Source: an uncultured virus (IMG/VR IMGVR_UViG_3300009068_003844) (taxonomy: Duplodnaviria > Heunggongvirae > Uroviricota > Caudoviricetes). Taken from it: a stretch of 64,000 nucleotides of DNA. Position numbers and translations under genes: made by a program. Every line of letters starts with the position of its first letter. Position 1 is the stretch's first letter. Of the stretch, positions 19,100-30,002 are shown one piece after another. The stretch lies in IMG/VR virus record IMGVR_UViG_3300009068_003844; one strand, written 5' to 3'. The notes below the pieces were generated by a model. The model was not told where the DNA came from. It worked only from the letters and a program-made list of their open reading frames with translations, and did no database searches.

Positions 19100-20953
19100 G
19101 TGCTTATTAATTAGATTTTCTATTTTGGCATAGTCCGACATTCTATAGTCTGTATGCTTTTGGTTCATGCTCTTATTGTTATCGGGATGCAGATAATAAT
19201 CTTTCAATAATTTAGCTAATTCTTTTTGACCTTCGATTCCCTTTTTTTCATAAATTTCATTAAACATTCTGCTTATAGAGTCATGCCATAATTTACTTAC
19301 ATTTTCTTTACCAAGCATCTTGATCATTCTGAACATGTAATCAGATGGCCTGTCGCTTCGCCACCACGACTGTGGGTGTTCGTTAAGAAGTATCGCAGAA
19401 ACTGAGCCCATATTGAACACCAATCCAGCATCCAGGAACTCTTTCACCAGATATTCCATATTTTCTCGAGAATTTCTTGCTCGAAGATATTTGCTCCTAA
19501 ATACAGTATCAACTTCACTTGGAAGCAAGCCTTTAATGTTTTCTTTTCCGAGAATATTAAGTGTTTCTTTGATATTATCCGAATGAACAATCCAACCCAC
19601 AATCTCTGCTGGGTCTGTTTTTAATTTACTTATTAATTCAGTCCCTAATAGTTTTGCCATTTCTGTTTTATTTGTAGACCTTTGTATAATTCCAATTATA
19701 TGAACCACATTCATTTTAGTTAGATTGTTTTTACCAATAATATCCACCATTTGATATGTATCTAATTTTGTATCAAGCCTGCTATTTCCCGAATGCGACT
19801 TTGCTTTCGCCAGTGGCGGCGAATTAGCAATAAGATCATGAATTTGTGCTCCTACCAATTCACCCGTATGGTCAGCGACCATTTTCTTGATAGCAGGATT
19901 GTTGATATTTAATGAATCTATATTCCAAAGAAAATCACGTATATTAAATGCATCAAAATTAATATTTAAGTCCTTGATCATAGATGCTATCTTGAAAAAA
20001 TCATCTCTACGATACACTCCTGAGTTGTTGTTAATAATTTCCGCTAAATTCCGGCCTGATATATTTTTCTTTAGATCTTTATCTATTAATGGATTCAAAA
20101 ATGTGGAACTATCAAATTTTAACCTGATGTTATAACAACTGCTTGCTCCGTTTGCATATTTCTTTAAAAAGTCATAATATTTCACATCTAATTCTTCAAC
20201 ATGGTTGTCTTCAACATCCATAAATTGATGACTATCTTCTCCCTCATCTAAACAATTTACAAATTGATACACTGGTTTATCTTTATCATGGATAATATAA
20301 ATATTATTTCCTAAGTAGCTTTCATGATAATCTCCATCTGGTGCTGCGGTACACCATTGGGTCCCTTTACCATAACTGCATAATATTCTTTTTCTGGCTT
20401 TTATTTCATTTTCATCTTTTGGCAATCCGTGTTCTGTCCCACTTCCCAAAGCCGGTAGAAAATAAAGTTTTAAATCAGCGTCTGTGGCAACCAATTCTAT
20501 TAGCTTATCATCACCCTCTAGTGTCTCACCACTTTTTCTTAATTTTCTCTCTTGTCTATTGCTTATTTCTTGGGTTGATTTTATGTATTCTTCAACTTTT
20601 TCTTTGATTTCTTGTCCAACCTTAAACCAACCTTTAACTCCTATTTCACTTTTAGGCAATTTACCGCTATCAATCATTTTTTTGGCAACATTGATTGAAA
20701 TTTCCAAATCTTCTTTTCTGTATCTTTTTACGCTCCAATAACCCATTGAGAAACTAAACCAATTAAAGTTTTCAAGATTCTTTTCTTTTAAAACCTGAAT
20801 TATGATATCTTTAGGAGGAAATGACACTATCTGAGGATGAGCATCCAAATATCTTTTTTCTTCTGGTTTGGCGTATTTGACCAAATTAGCCAGGTACGTA
20901 TCAAAGTCGGAAGCTATATTTTCGTTTAAAAAGAACCAGTTCTTAAAATTCAT
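19079..20953 (-). CDS. Hypothetical phage protein, possible virion-internal protein
   Basis: 624 aa; N-term MNFKNWFFLNE; YGKGTQWCTAA motif; C-terminal helical repeats (LGKENI.KL); TAAATA just upstream. Confidence 0.7.
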   Translation of the reverse strand: MNFKNWFFLNENIASDFDTYLANLVKYAKPEEKRYLDAHPQIVSFPPKDIIIQVLKEKNLENFNWFSFSMGYWSVKRYRKEDLEISINVAKKMIDSGKLPKSEIGVKGWFKVGQEIKEKVEEYIKSTQEISNRQERKLRKSGETLEGDDKLIELVATDADLKLYFLPALGSGTEHGLPKDENEIKARKRILCSYGKGTQWCTAAPDGDYHESYLGNNIYIIHDKDKPVYQFVNCLDEGEDSHQFMDVEDNHVEELDVKYYDFLKKYANGASSCYNIRLKFDSSTFLNPLIDKDLKKNISGRNLAEIINNNSGVYRRDDFFKIASMIKDLNINFDAFNIRDFLWNIDSLNINNPAIKKMVADHTGELVGAQIHDLIANSPPLAKAKSHSGNSRLDTKLDTYQMVDIIGKNNLTKMNVVHIIGIIQRSTNKTEMAKLLGTELISKLKTDPAEIVGWIVHSDNIKETLNILGKENIKGLLPSEVDTVFRSKYLRARNSRENMEYLVKEFLDAGLVFNMGSVSAILLNEHPQSWWRSDRPSDYMFRMIKMLGKENVSKLWHDSISRMFNEIYEKKGIEGQKELAKLLKDYYLHPDNNKSMNQKHTDYRMSDYAKIENLINKHLDQVAV

Positions 20954-21282
20954 GATACTTTATTTAGATATTTGAGTCTGTTTTTATTTTCTGTATAATA
21001 GGGAGATGACCTACACAGAAAAAGAATACGAACTGGCGATGAGATATGTTAATGGGGACATAAACGATGTCCAGTTGAATTATTTAGCCGTTCAGGGCAA
21101 AACAACTGAAAAAAGAGTAAGAGAAATAGCCGAATATGTCAATTTCGTGAGTCCGTTTTTAATTGCATCTGGACTAATCTTGGCTTTTCTAGCTTTTCAC
21201 CTAGTCTTTTGTTTTCTATGTGTTGTTTTTAATTTCAAATAACTAATTTTTTCCGGGAAATCGTAGACGACCGGCAAACCGC

Positions 21283-21654
21283 TCAGTCTCTTATATTTTC
21301 GATATTAAATAGCCAGTTCTTAAAACTCTCTCTCCAATACATGGTGGATGCCATTGGGCTACTGAGAGTATAATCCATATTACGACCACTATTCTTTACA
21401 AATCCTAATTTTTTGTAGAATCTATTTAGAGCTTCTTTCTTGCCTTTATCTGCCTCTGGTCTGATCACAATAGGCTTATCAACTTCTTTTGCATAACTCT
21501 GCAACATTCTGATTATATCTGATCCAACTCCAGAGTTTTGTTTTTCCTCTGGTATTCTGATGGTCTCCAATTCGATGTTATGTTTTGCTTCAAATGCAGA
21601 AACATTAGCGAATGGGTATTTTTTATTTATTTTGTCCAAAATAAGATCTAGCAT
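21283..21654 (-). CDS. GNAT-family acetyltransferase
   Basis: IRIPEEKQNSGVGSDII (motif A), LNRFYKKLGF. Confidence 0.75.
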   Translation of the reverse strand: MLDLILDKINKKYPFANVSAFEAKHNIELETIRIPEEKQNSGVGSDIIRMLQSYAKEVDKPIVIRPEADKGKKEALNRFYKKLGFVKNSGRNMDYTLSSPMASTMYWRESFKNWLFNIENIRD

Positions 21655-21765
21655 AATATTATCTATCTTTTAATTCAAAAAAATCCAGAATTTTCTCTTG
21701 ACCCGGATTCTCTTTTTGCTACAATGCTCACTGTTCGAGGACGATTTTTAACCAAAGGAGTAGAT

Positions 21766-22146
21766 ATGATTAAGTTTCTTAGTTTTGTTTCTTGTTTAGT
21801 GGTTTGTGCTGGATCGTATGCCGGCCAGACAAGTATTGATAGCACCGATACATCAGTTTCGGTTCTCAGGACTGATAGCATTGCCTCTACAACTGCTACG
21901 CCAGTTGTAATCGCTAATTGCTGCAACAGTTGCAATAGTTGTAATGATGGTTGCATCAACAACTGTGATAGTTGCTGCAAGCGTGAAAGGGCTTTCAGCC
22001 GTTCCCGCACTCATACCGAGAACGTAACCTGCCAGAACTGCCAGCAGGTTAAAGAGTCGACGGATACCGTTGAGACTAGTCGCAAGCGACTCAATGGGAA
22101 TGTAATCAAGAGAAGTCGTAGCCGTACTTCCGTTTCGGTACGGTAA
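21766..22146 (+). CDS. Secreted Cys-rich protein
   Basis: Signal peptide MIKFLSFVSCLVVCAGSYAG; CCNSCNSCNDGC tract; GGAG RBS. Confidence 0.6.
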   Translation: MIKFLSFVSCLVVCAGSYAGQTSIDSTDTSVSVLRTDSIASTTATPVVIANCCNSCNSCNDGCINNCDSCCKRERAFSRSRTHTENVTCQNCQQVKESTDTVETSRKRLNGNVIKRSRSRTSVSVR

Positions 22147-22160
22147 CTGCTTGTCCCGCC

Positions 22161-22266
22161 ACCCCCTTGCTCGTGTCTCCCGTGTTCAACCCGCACGGTC
22201 AACGTAGCATATCACGGTTCTCCTGCACAACCAGATATGCCGAGACTCCGAGCAAGGGGGTTTTTT
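22161..22266 (+). ncRNA. GC-rich multibranch structured RNA / complex terminator
   Basis: ACCCCCTTGCTCG/CGAGCAAGGGGGT outer stem; inner GTCTC/GAGAC, CCGTG/CACGG, GCATATC/GATATGC; T tail. Confidence 0.55.
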
Positions 22267-23084
22267 ATTATAAAAAAATATGAGAGAATTAAATTCTGAG
22301 GACTTGAGTAAGTTCGCAACCAATAACGGCTTCATCATTAAAAAAAAAGATGAAGAATACGAACTTTATAGCAAAACAGAAGATAAGGTTCTGCTTTTCA
22401 AGAGTGTAAAAGAAGCATTTAGAAGAATCTCCGACGAAATTAATATTTTAAAGAAAACAAAAAATGTCCTACATTGATAACGATAAGGAAATCAAAGAGA
22501 CTATTCTCAAGTTGAATAGCCTATTTGAAGCAAATAAAGAAATTTATATCAATCAACTAGATCACAAGGCATATCTTAGTTCTGCTCTTTTCAAGATCAA
22601 GAATAATCTTGAAAGGCTAGTTAAGAATCCAAAGGACTTGCCAGAAGTTATTTTCAATTGCTTTGAAATCGCAAAGCCATTAACGCCATACTATAGCACC
22701 GACCTTGGTAAAAATAAAATTGATCAGCCATTAACCAACGAAGAAAAATTAGGTTTTCTTGAGAAGTTGGAAAAGTTTCAAGTCACGGATGAAATGAAAA
22801 ATAAATACAAGGAAACAGCAGATCAAGGAGGTTAATGTGAACTCTGATTACCGAGTAGTAAATATTGGTGAAATGCAAGACTATTTCATTATTCAAGAAG
22901 TTTACTATAATGATAATGAAGAAGTCGTTGGTTCATCAAATGCAAACCCCTGTGGAAATTCAGTTGAAGAACTGGTACAATTTGCCAATTGTATTTTAAA
23001 TGCAAGTAAAAAACCAGTCCTAAAACTGTAAAAAAGGGGATAAAGGTTTAAAGGTTGATTTTGGTTTGATTTAGGTTGATTTTT

Positions 23085-23361
23085 GGCCCAGTAGCTCAAT
23101 TGGATAAGAGCAACAGCCTTCGTGAAATAGGAGTGCTTAGAGAGAAATCTTTAATGTAGAATCGCTTAAATTCGGTGAAGGCTTAACTGCTAATACCGAG
23201 CCAAGCCTAAGCAATTAGGAAGGTGTAGAGACTTAACAGGCGACACCTAAAGTTGAAAGACAATGGTGAAGATAAAGTCCAGACCACAAACAGTAATGGT
23301 AGTGAAAACTATAGTGGTACCGCTAAGCTGTAGGTTCCAAGTTCGATCCTTGGCTGGGTCA
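23085..23361 (+). tRNA. tRNA-Arg(UCU) interrupted by a group I intron
   Basis: Exons 23085-23120 and 23323-23361 form a cloverleaf: GGCCCAG/CTGGGTC, ACAGC-CTTCTAA-GCTGT, T-loop TTCGATC. Confidence 0.9.
23121..23322 (+). ncRNA. Group I intron (202 nt) inserted after U34 of tRNA-Arg
   Basis: 5' exon ends in U, intron ends in G; core AAATTCGGTGAA, AATACCGAGC, GTAGAGACT, AAGATAAAGTCC. Confidence 0.9.
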
Positions 23362-23426
23362 TTTTGTTTTTTTGTTTTGTTTAGAAAAGTGCAAAGTATT
23401 TACTATTAATATTTTGTGCTAATTAT

Positions 23427-23567
23427 TCCGTGATAACTCAACGGTAGAGTGTTCGACTGTAAAAAGCCACTGAATTGAAGCTCAAAAAAGCTGGCAATTT
23501 ATGTTGGGTTCAATGCCCAAACAGTGGATTAATCGAATGGTTCTTGGTTCAAATCCAAGTCACGGAG
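23427..23567 (+). tRNA. tRNA-Asn(GUU) with a 69-nt insert in the anticodon
   Basis: TCCGTGA/TCACGGA acceptor, G73, D-arm ACTC/GAGT, stem TTCGA/TCGAA, T-arm CTTGG-TTCAAAT-CCAAG. Removing 23461-23529 restores CT-GTT-AA. Confidence 0.75.
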
Positions 23568-23606
23568 CTACAAGCTGGTTTGAATATAAAGAGCTACAAA
23601 CTTTGA

Positions 23607-24173
23607 TTAGTTTTTTCTATCGTGATAATCAACAACTTCTCTGCATAATTTAACAAACTCTTCTGAGCTTAAAGTATGTTTTGCTAAATTGACTTCCTTG
23701 AGAACAAGCTGACAGTTATTTAGAGTATTTTCTCCCCCCTTAGATCTTGGGATTATATGATCCAATTGATATGTTCTAGGTTTCATTAAATCAATTGGTT
23801 TTCCAGTTAATGAGCATGTTGGATTATCTCCAACCTTATCTAAAAAATCTTTAATTGTAAATTCCATGCCAGCATACTCCTTGTTAACTCTAGAGAATCC
23901 TTCTATCCTTATCTTCAGGTTTTTGTGCAATGTATGAATATGCCTATTCTTCGGAACAGGTTTGTAGTATTTATCATAAATAAAATTTTCAATCTTGCGA
24001 ATCAAAGGATGCTGTTTAGATCTGTTTGATTTACGTCTTTTGGCGTATTTTTCTTTTTGACCTTCACCACAATGATACGATATTGTTCCTTTTGAGCACT
24101 TGATCTCATCTTGGATTTTTTTATATGAATATCCCAATGCCCTTAATTCTAATATTTTATCTTTTACTTTCAT
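23607..24173 (-). CDS. Free-standing HNH endonuclease with N-terminal HTH
   Basis: LGYSYKKIQDEIKCSKGTISYH; LDHIIPRSKGGENTLNNCQLVLKEVNLAKH; TATAAATA upstream of ATG 24173. Confidence 0.85.
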   Translation of the reverse strand: MKVKDKILELRALGYSYKKIQDEIKCSKGTISYHCGEGQKEKYAKRRKSNRSKQHPLIRKIENFIYDKYYKPVPKNRHIHTLHKNLKIRIEGFSRVNKEYAGMEFTIKDFLDKVGDNPTCSLTGKPIDLMKPRTYQLDHIIPRSKGGENTLNNCQLVLKEVNLAKHTLSSEEFVKLCREVVDYHDRKN

Positions 24174-25969
24174 GACTTGAACCTTTAATATATTTATATA
24201 TATGCATTGAACCATAATTTTATAAATAAATTCAATCATGATGTAACTTTCTATTGACGAAACAAAAATTTCTGGTATGCTATTAGCACCCACTAACATT
24301 TTTCCAAGGAGGGAAAATGACACGATGCCTTTGTTTGATAGATGATAAATGGATTGAAAGACTTTCTCCAAAGTTTTCAGAAGAAGAAGAAAAAATCTTA
24401 GACGATTGCTCAAGTTCTAATGATGAGAATAGAACTAAGGTTATCAAAGACTTTAATGAAAGAGGATCTCGTCCTGCCTCTTTAGAAGATGTTAAAATAG
24501 CCCAAGAAGTCTACAGTAAGAATAAAGTAATTGGGGCAGAGTTAATCATTGCTAATATCATCCTCCCAGGTTTGCATGGAAGTATAAACTGTAAAGTTGG
24601 TAATGATTATAAAGTGATTAGGTTTTAATATAAGAAAAATTATGAAAACTCTAATAACAATAGAAGTTGAAAATGAAACAGGAAACCCTTCTATTGAGGA
24701 TATTAAATTGTTTGTCAATCAAATCATAGAAAGAGGATTCTTTGGCCCATTTGACATATACAATGTTCAATGAGCGGCATATCGCTAAGAGTTTTAAATG
24801 CAAACTCTAGTAAGAACTCTGAATCTTGAATATGATATTGTTGAGATTCATTATAATGAGTTTTTGAAAAATAAACCTTACTTGGTCAGAGTATTTAGTT
24901 ATAACAATACTGACCCCAGCGAAATAAGGCTGGACGAAAAAGAAGTAAAAAATTTATATCAAACTCTTAAAGAACACAACCTATTATGAACTTCAGAATA
25001 ACCAAAGAAATTCGTAATCATAAATACGACCATGATCCCAAGACCATTTATGGTATTAGGGATGCTGCTGGTGTTGATACAGACTTATCAGAGTGGAAAT
25101 TTATATACGGAGACAAGAAATGAACGAAAACGATAAATTACTTAAAGCAATTATTTTATTTATCACGATTATCATTATGATGTTGGCATTCATAATGACT
25201 TTTATTTCATACAAAATAAGTGAAGATGTAAAAAATATTAGATTGGATTTAGTTATGCTGAAGGGTGAAGTAAACTCTGAGATGGAAAAAAACAACCAAG
25301 GAGAAAAGAAATGAACAGAAGAAGTCTTATTAAATCTTTGTTGCCAACAATGGCTGGAATTTTAGTTTTTAAAAATTCATACGGTGCATATTTAAGAACT
25401 AAAGAACACCAGACAATATACAAAGGAAAAAATTTGTGTGTTATTTCTAAGTCTGAAATGCTAGAAAGAGCAAAAAAATTAAATATTTACATTCCATTTT
25501 GTAAGATGGATCATCATAAATCAAACATTATAGAAGAAATGAAATATTTTGTAGATCAATCACTGAGGTATAATTTTTACAATGATTTAGAAAAAAATAT
25601 TTATGGATGTTGTGAAGGAAGAAGATCAAAAAACGGCTCATTAGGGATATATTTTGCTGTAATTGCATCGCAATACGATTTTCTGCAAGATGATCGAACA
25701 CCGGCTTATTACTCGCAAGACCCTGGGTAGAAAAGTGACTAAATACAAAATTTGTAAATTTGTTGATGGTAACGGAAAAGAATGGTATCAAGTCAAGAAA
25801 AAGGGGTGGTTATTTTGGCGTTATTTGGATACATTTGAAAAAATTGGACTACGTTCTTATAGAGTTATTCTTAAACTTTCTAATGTAGAAGAAGCAAACA
25901 AATACATTGAAGGAGATAAATGGTTTGATAAATCAAATCAAATTAAAAAAGTAGAATGTTGGAATTATA

Positions 25970-26320
25970 ATGACTAAAAATCAACCTAAAACATGGTTCA
26001 TAGATTTTGATGGCACTCTTGTGACTCAAAAAAGCCACATGAGTTCAGAAGACTTTATTCTTTCAACTACAAAATCTTTCTTTGAAGAAATAGTAAAAGA
26101 AGAAGATTTTGTAATTATTACCACTGCACGAACTTGTGAAGACAAAGAAAGAATAGAAAAATTTCTTCAATATCACAACCTTAAATTTGATCTAATTGTT
26201 TGCGGAATTCCTACAGGCTCAAGAATTTTAATTAATGACAAAAAGCCAGACGGTACTTTAACTGCTTATGCTCATAATTTAGAAAGAGACAAGGGAATTG
26301 ATCTTTCCCTATTTATTTAA
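25970..26320 (+). CDS. HAD-superfamily hydrolase
   Basis: FIDFDGTL, IITTAR, RILINDK. Confidence 0.75.
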   Translation: MTKNQPKTWFIDFDGTLVTQKSHMSSEDFILSTTKSFFEEIVKEEDFVIITTARTCEDKERIEKFLQYHNLKFDLIVCGIPTGSRILINDKKPDGTLTAYAHNLERDKGIDLSLFI

Positions 26321-26989
26321 ATGATTGAATCATTTAAATATTTTTATATAATGATAATTGCTTACCTTTACATAGATTCTTGGGCAACTGCCTTTAGATT
26401 TAAAAAAATTTACAAAAGGCTTGAGAAATTAGAAAATGAAAATAGAATATAATGAAAACCCATTAGCAAGTAAAGTATTTCTTGACGATACTGAAAAACA
26501 GTTATTGTTTTGGAAATACAAATGGGACATGATTGGAGAAAGTGTTTCTTGGATTGAATTTGATATAAGAGAAAAAAAAGAAACTAATTTAGATAATATC
26601 CAAAATAAATTACGTGATATCTCTGAAAAATTTATCGAAACAAAATACGACGAAGAATCTATAAAATATTTTATAGAAGAACTACAAAGTAGTCATTGTG
26701 GAGATTGTGTTTATGAGCCTCAAACTTGTGCAAAATGCTATGCGGAAGAACATCTTGGAATAGATAGCACACCCAACTTAAAACATTGGGGAGGAACGGC
26801 ACGTAAGATCATGAGTGCATTTTCTAAGAACTCAACAATAGAACAGGCTATTGATATATTAAAAAATAAAAACTACGACTCAGATGAATATAAAAATTGG
26901 TCTAAAGAAACGGACATCGACAGGTGGAAGCAAGAAGATATTTGGGCTATTGAATACCTAGAATATTATAAAAAAGAGATATTAAAAAA

Positions 26990-27562
26990 ATGAAAATTAA
27001 ACCACTAAACAACATATTACAAGAGGTAAATAAAATGTTCAATCGCACTAGAATTATTAAAAGAATTTATCCCTCTGGATCTACTGGATATTTTATCCAA
27101 AAACAAAATCCATTATTTTTTTGGCTGTATAAAGATTGTCATTTCTATCCTATTACTCTTGATGAAGCTCAAAAAAATGAATATATATTTAAACCCTTTA
27201 AAAATAGGGTTGTAGAAGTTTATAAAAAAATCAAATTTAGAGTTGTCGAGCAGTACTACAGCAATGGAGAATTTCGTGGATTTTTTGTTCAACAAAAATA
27301 TCCTTTATTTTTCTGGTTGTGGAGTTTTGTTCAACAAAAAGATCCTTTATTTTTCTGGTTGTGGAGTTTTGTTCAACAAAAAGATCCTTTATTTTTCTGG
27401 TTGTGGAGAAACTGTCATGCTATTCGTTATGAAAATGCCGATGTTGCAAAAAATAATGTGACCTATTGGCATAATCGCTCAAAGGAAATTGTAAAAGAAC
27501 TTGCAGAAGCAAAGAAACTTTGTCATACTACCTATGAAGTTGTTTCTGATGTCAGACTATAA
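26990..27562 (+). CDS. Hypothetical protein with internal 14-aa tandem repeat
   Basis: FVQQK(Y/D)PLFFWLW x3. Confidence 0.6.
   Translation: MKIKPLNNILQEVNKMFNRTRIIKRIYPSGSTGYFIQKQNPLFFWLYKDCHFYPITLDEAQKNEYIFKPFKNRVVEVYKKIKFRVVEQYYSNGEFRGFFVQQKYPLFFWLWSFVQQKDPLFFWLWSFVQQKDPLFFWLWRNCHAIRYENADVAKNNVTYWHNRSKEIVKELAEAKKLCHTTYEVVSDVRL
27283..27408 (+). repeat. 3 x 42-bp tandem repeat
   Basis: TTTTGTTCAACAAAAA(T/G)ATCCTTTATTTTTCTGGTTGTGGAG, three near-identical copies. Confidence 0.95.
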
Positions 27563-27595
27563 ACGTATAACTTATAAATGAAATAGGAAATAAAA

Positions 27596-28195
27596 ATGAA
27601 AAATTTCAACGAATGGTTGGATAAAAATAAAAATAATCAGATGATTACACAGGAAATGAAAGATCATTTTGATAAACGAACAAAATACCATATAGATTTA
27701 GTAGGAAAATTTTGCAATAAAATTGCAGAGTATGATCCAAATAGGTTTTCTGAGCTAAAAGAACGAAAAAAGGTTCATGATGATAGTAAATTTGAAGAAC
27801 CAGAATATACTCCTTATCTTTTCATTTCTTGGCAATACAAGTGCAAAGATGATAATAAAGAATTTAAAGTGCCTCAAGAAATTTTAGATAAAATGTCAGA
27901 GGCTACTTTACATCATATAACAACCAATTCGCATCATCCTGAATATCATGGCCCAACAAAAACAGGGTTAATTAACAGAGAAAACCGTGATAAGCCACCC
28001 AAAGAAATAGTAGATGCAACAAAGATGCCAGACATTGATGTTGCAGAAATGTGTGCAGATTGGATGGCTATGTCAAAAGAAAAAGGTAGCAATCCCAAAG
28101 ATTGGGCAGATAAAAATGTTAATATAAGATGGAAGTTTACTGACAAGCAAAAAGATTTAATTTATGAAATTATTGAAAATAATTGGATTGAATAA
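27596..28195 (+). CDS. HD-like metal-dependent hydrolase (DUF5662-like)
   Basis: HIDLV, HDDSKF, HHITTNSHHPEY, EMCADW. Confidence 0.7.
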   Translation: MKNFNEWLDKNKNNQMITQEMKDHFDKRTKYHIDLVGKFCNKIAEYDPNRFSELKERKKVHDDSKFEEPEYTPYLFISWQYKCKDDNKEFKVPQEILDKMSEATLHHITTNSHHPEYHGPTKTGLINRENRDKPPKEIVDATKMPDIDVAEMCADWMAMSKEKGSNPKDWADKNVNIRWKFTDKQKDLIYEIIENNWIE

Positions 28196-28967
28196 AAAGT
28201 TTTAATTATGAATAAAGACGAAATTATTGAAGCGTTACATGAGATAATAAAAGCATACGGCGAAGATGAAGGATACATTCCAAAGAGAGTAGTAGACTTA
28301 TATAATAAGTATCATGTTCCTTGGGAGTTTGCTGAACAGTTGGATAAAAAATGAAAAAAATTGTATGGGGTTTTTTGTTAATATATATTGGGTTTTGTTT
28401 GTTTTGCTTGTTAACAAAACCAACAAATGTTGATTTTCCTCCAATTATGCCTATGTATGGAATGGAACTTGCGTTATTAATATCTTGGTTTTTTGGAATT
28501 TTTTGCATATTAGAGGGATGTAATCCCGAGGTTCATAATGATTTTGATGGTTTTGGATCTATCGTAGTTGCAGGACTATTTGCATCAATATTTACACTTC
28601 CAATAGTTTTGATGAATATAATTTGGGTTTTTGTATGGAGCAAACAATAAGAAGATCATTAAGATTTAACATTGGGCGAAAAAATGAAAAAATATCGAAT
28701 CATATAGTATCATTTTTGTTTTTAAGTTTTCCAGTAGTTTGTTTAGTTTGTGGAATAATGTCTTTGTTTGTTAATAATAAATACCCCATTTATTTTGCAC
28801 TATTTCCTATAGTTGAAGGAACAACATTCGTTTCAATATTGTATTTAATTTCTTTTTTGGAGAAAGGATAGTAACTAATGAAATATAAAATCTGTAAGTT
28901 TGTTGATGGCAACGGAAAAGAATTAAGTGAAACAATAGGCCTAAACACATTACTTTAGAGGAATAAC

Positions 28968-29876
28968 ATGGATGAAAAAATCAAAATCACCACAGAAGGT
29001 AAATCTGTGGTTGCTATTCATAAAAATAAAGTTATTCGCAAATGGGATACTTTTTTCTACTTTAGCACAAAACTAGTGCTTCAATCACTTTCTCGGCCTT
29101 GGCATGAAAAGCAATTAACTGAAGAAGAATTTAAATCTAAAAATCCTCTCTTTTCTTTTGTTGAAAAAGATGTTTTATCAAAAGTACATCGTGCCTACTT
29201 AATAAAAAATAATTACAGTTCTTTTAAAGAAGAATATGGAATAACCGCCTCTACCGCTAGAAAAATCATAAATTCAAAAATGAAGGAGATTTGGGTTGTA
29301 GACCCATATCTTTTTACAAAGTTTTGTTTTAATTTAAAAAGAAAACCAAGCGCCGATAAAGTTCATAGACTCAGTGAGACAGTAGATCTATTAAAGCAGG
29401 TTAAAATAAAAAATCATTTACCTTTGGTTTTTTATTTTGGAGTCAAAGAATCCGAACTACCTTCTTTATTTGGTGAAGATTCTTGGAAAGAAATTTCCAA
29501 AAACAGTGAGTATAGAAACCATGTTTTGTGCAAAAGAGTTTGTAATATTTCTGCTGACTCTTCTTTGCCGCAAAATAGGTTAGAGTATGCTAAAAGATTC
29601 AAAGAATTTAACAAAATAAAAAAAACCGGTGCCCTAGAAAAATTTTATTACGAAAGCAATTTTGAATTGATTTATATTGTTTGTAACATATTTAAAATAA
29701 AAGAAATAAAAGATATCTGTAGTTCAAAATGCTTTGGTTTGCCTCTATGGGGTCAAGTTAACTCTAGTGATCACTATAATTTATTTGTATGTATAAAAGA
29801 TTTCCTAGATCTAGCTAAGAAGCATAAATATAAATACGATATCAATTGGACGAGAGAACAATGGGAAAAACATTAA
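28968..29876 (+). CDS. Hypothetical protein
   Basis: 302-aa ORF with GAGG RBS. Confidence 0.65.
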   Translation: MDEKIKITTEGKSVVAIHKNKVIRKWDTFFYFSTKLVLQSLSRPWHEKQLTEEEFKSKNPLFSFVEKDVLSKVHRAYLIKNNYSSFKEEYGITASTARKIINSKMKEIWVVDPYLFTKFCFNLKRKPSADKVHRLSETVDLLKQVKIKNHLPLVFYFGVKESELPSLFGEDSWKEISKNSEYRNHVLCKRVCNISADSSLPQNRLEYAKRFKEFNKIKKTGALEKFYYESNFELIYIVCNIFKIKEIKDICSSKCFGLPLWGQVNSSDHYNLFVCIKDFLDLAKKHKYKYDINWTREQWEKH

Positions 29877-29889
29877 AAACCTCATAGAT

Positions 29890-30002
29890 GTGGCCAAAAT
29901 AACGGCCAAAGTGAATTTTCCCGCTCGGTACATTTATGGTAATTTTAAGCCAAAATACTAGAAAATTTCCCGCTCGGGAAAGTGGCCAAAATAACGGCCA
30001 AA
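29890..30002. repeat. Intergenic nested direct repeats (A-B-B-A order)
   Basis: GTGGCCAAAATAACGGCCAAA at 29890 and 29982; TTTCCCGCTCGG at 29917 and 29966. Confidence 0.9.

Noticed and set aside
23461..23529. Group I intron in tRNA-Asn
   Set aside because: Only 69 nt, with no catalytic core motifs and no terminal G.
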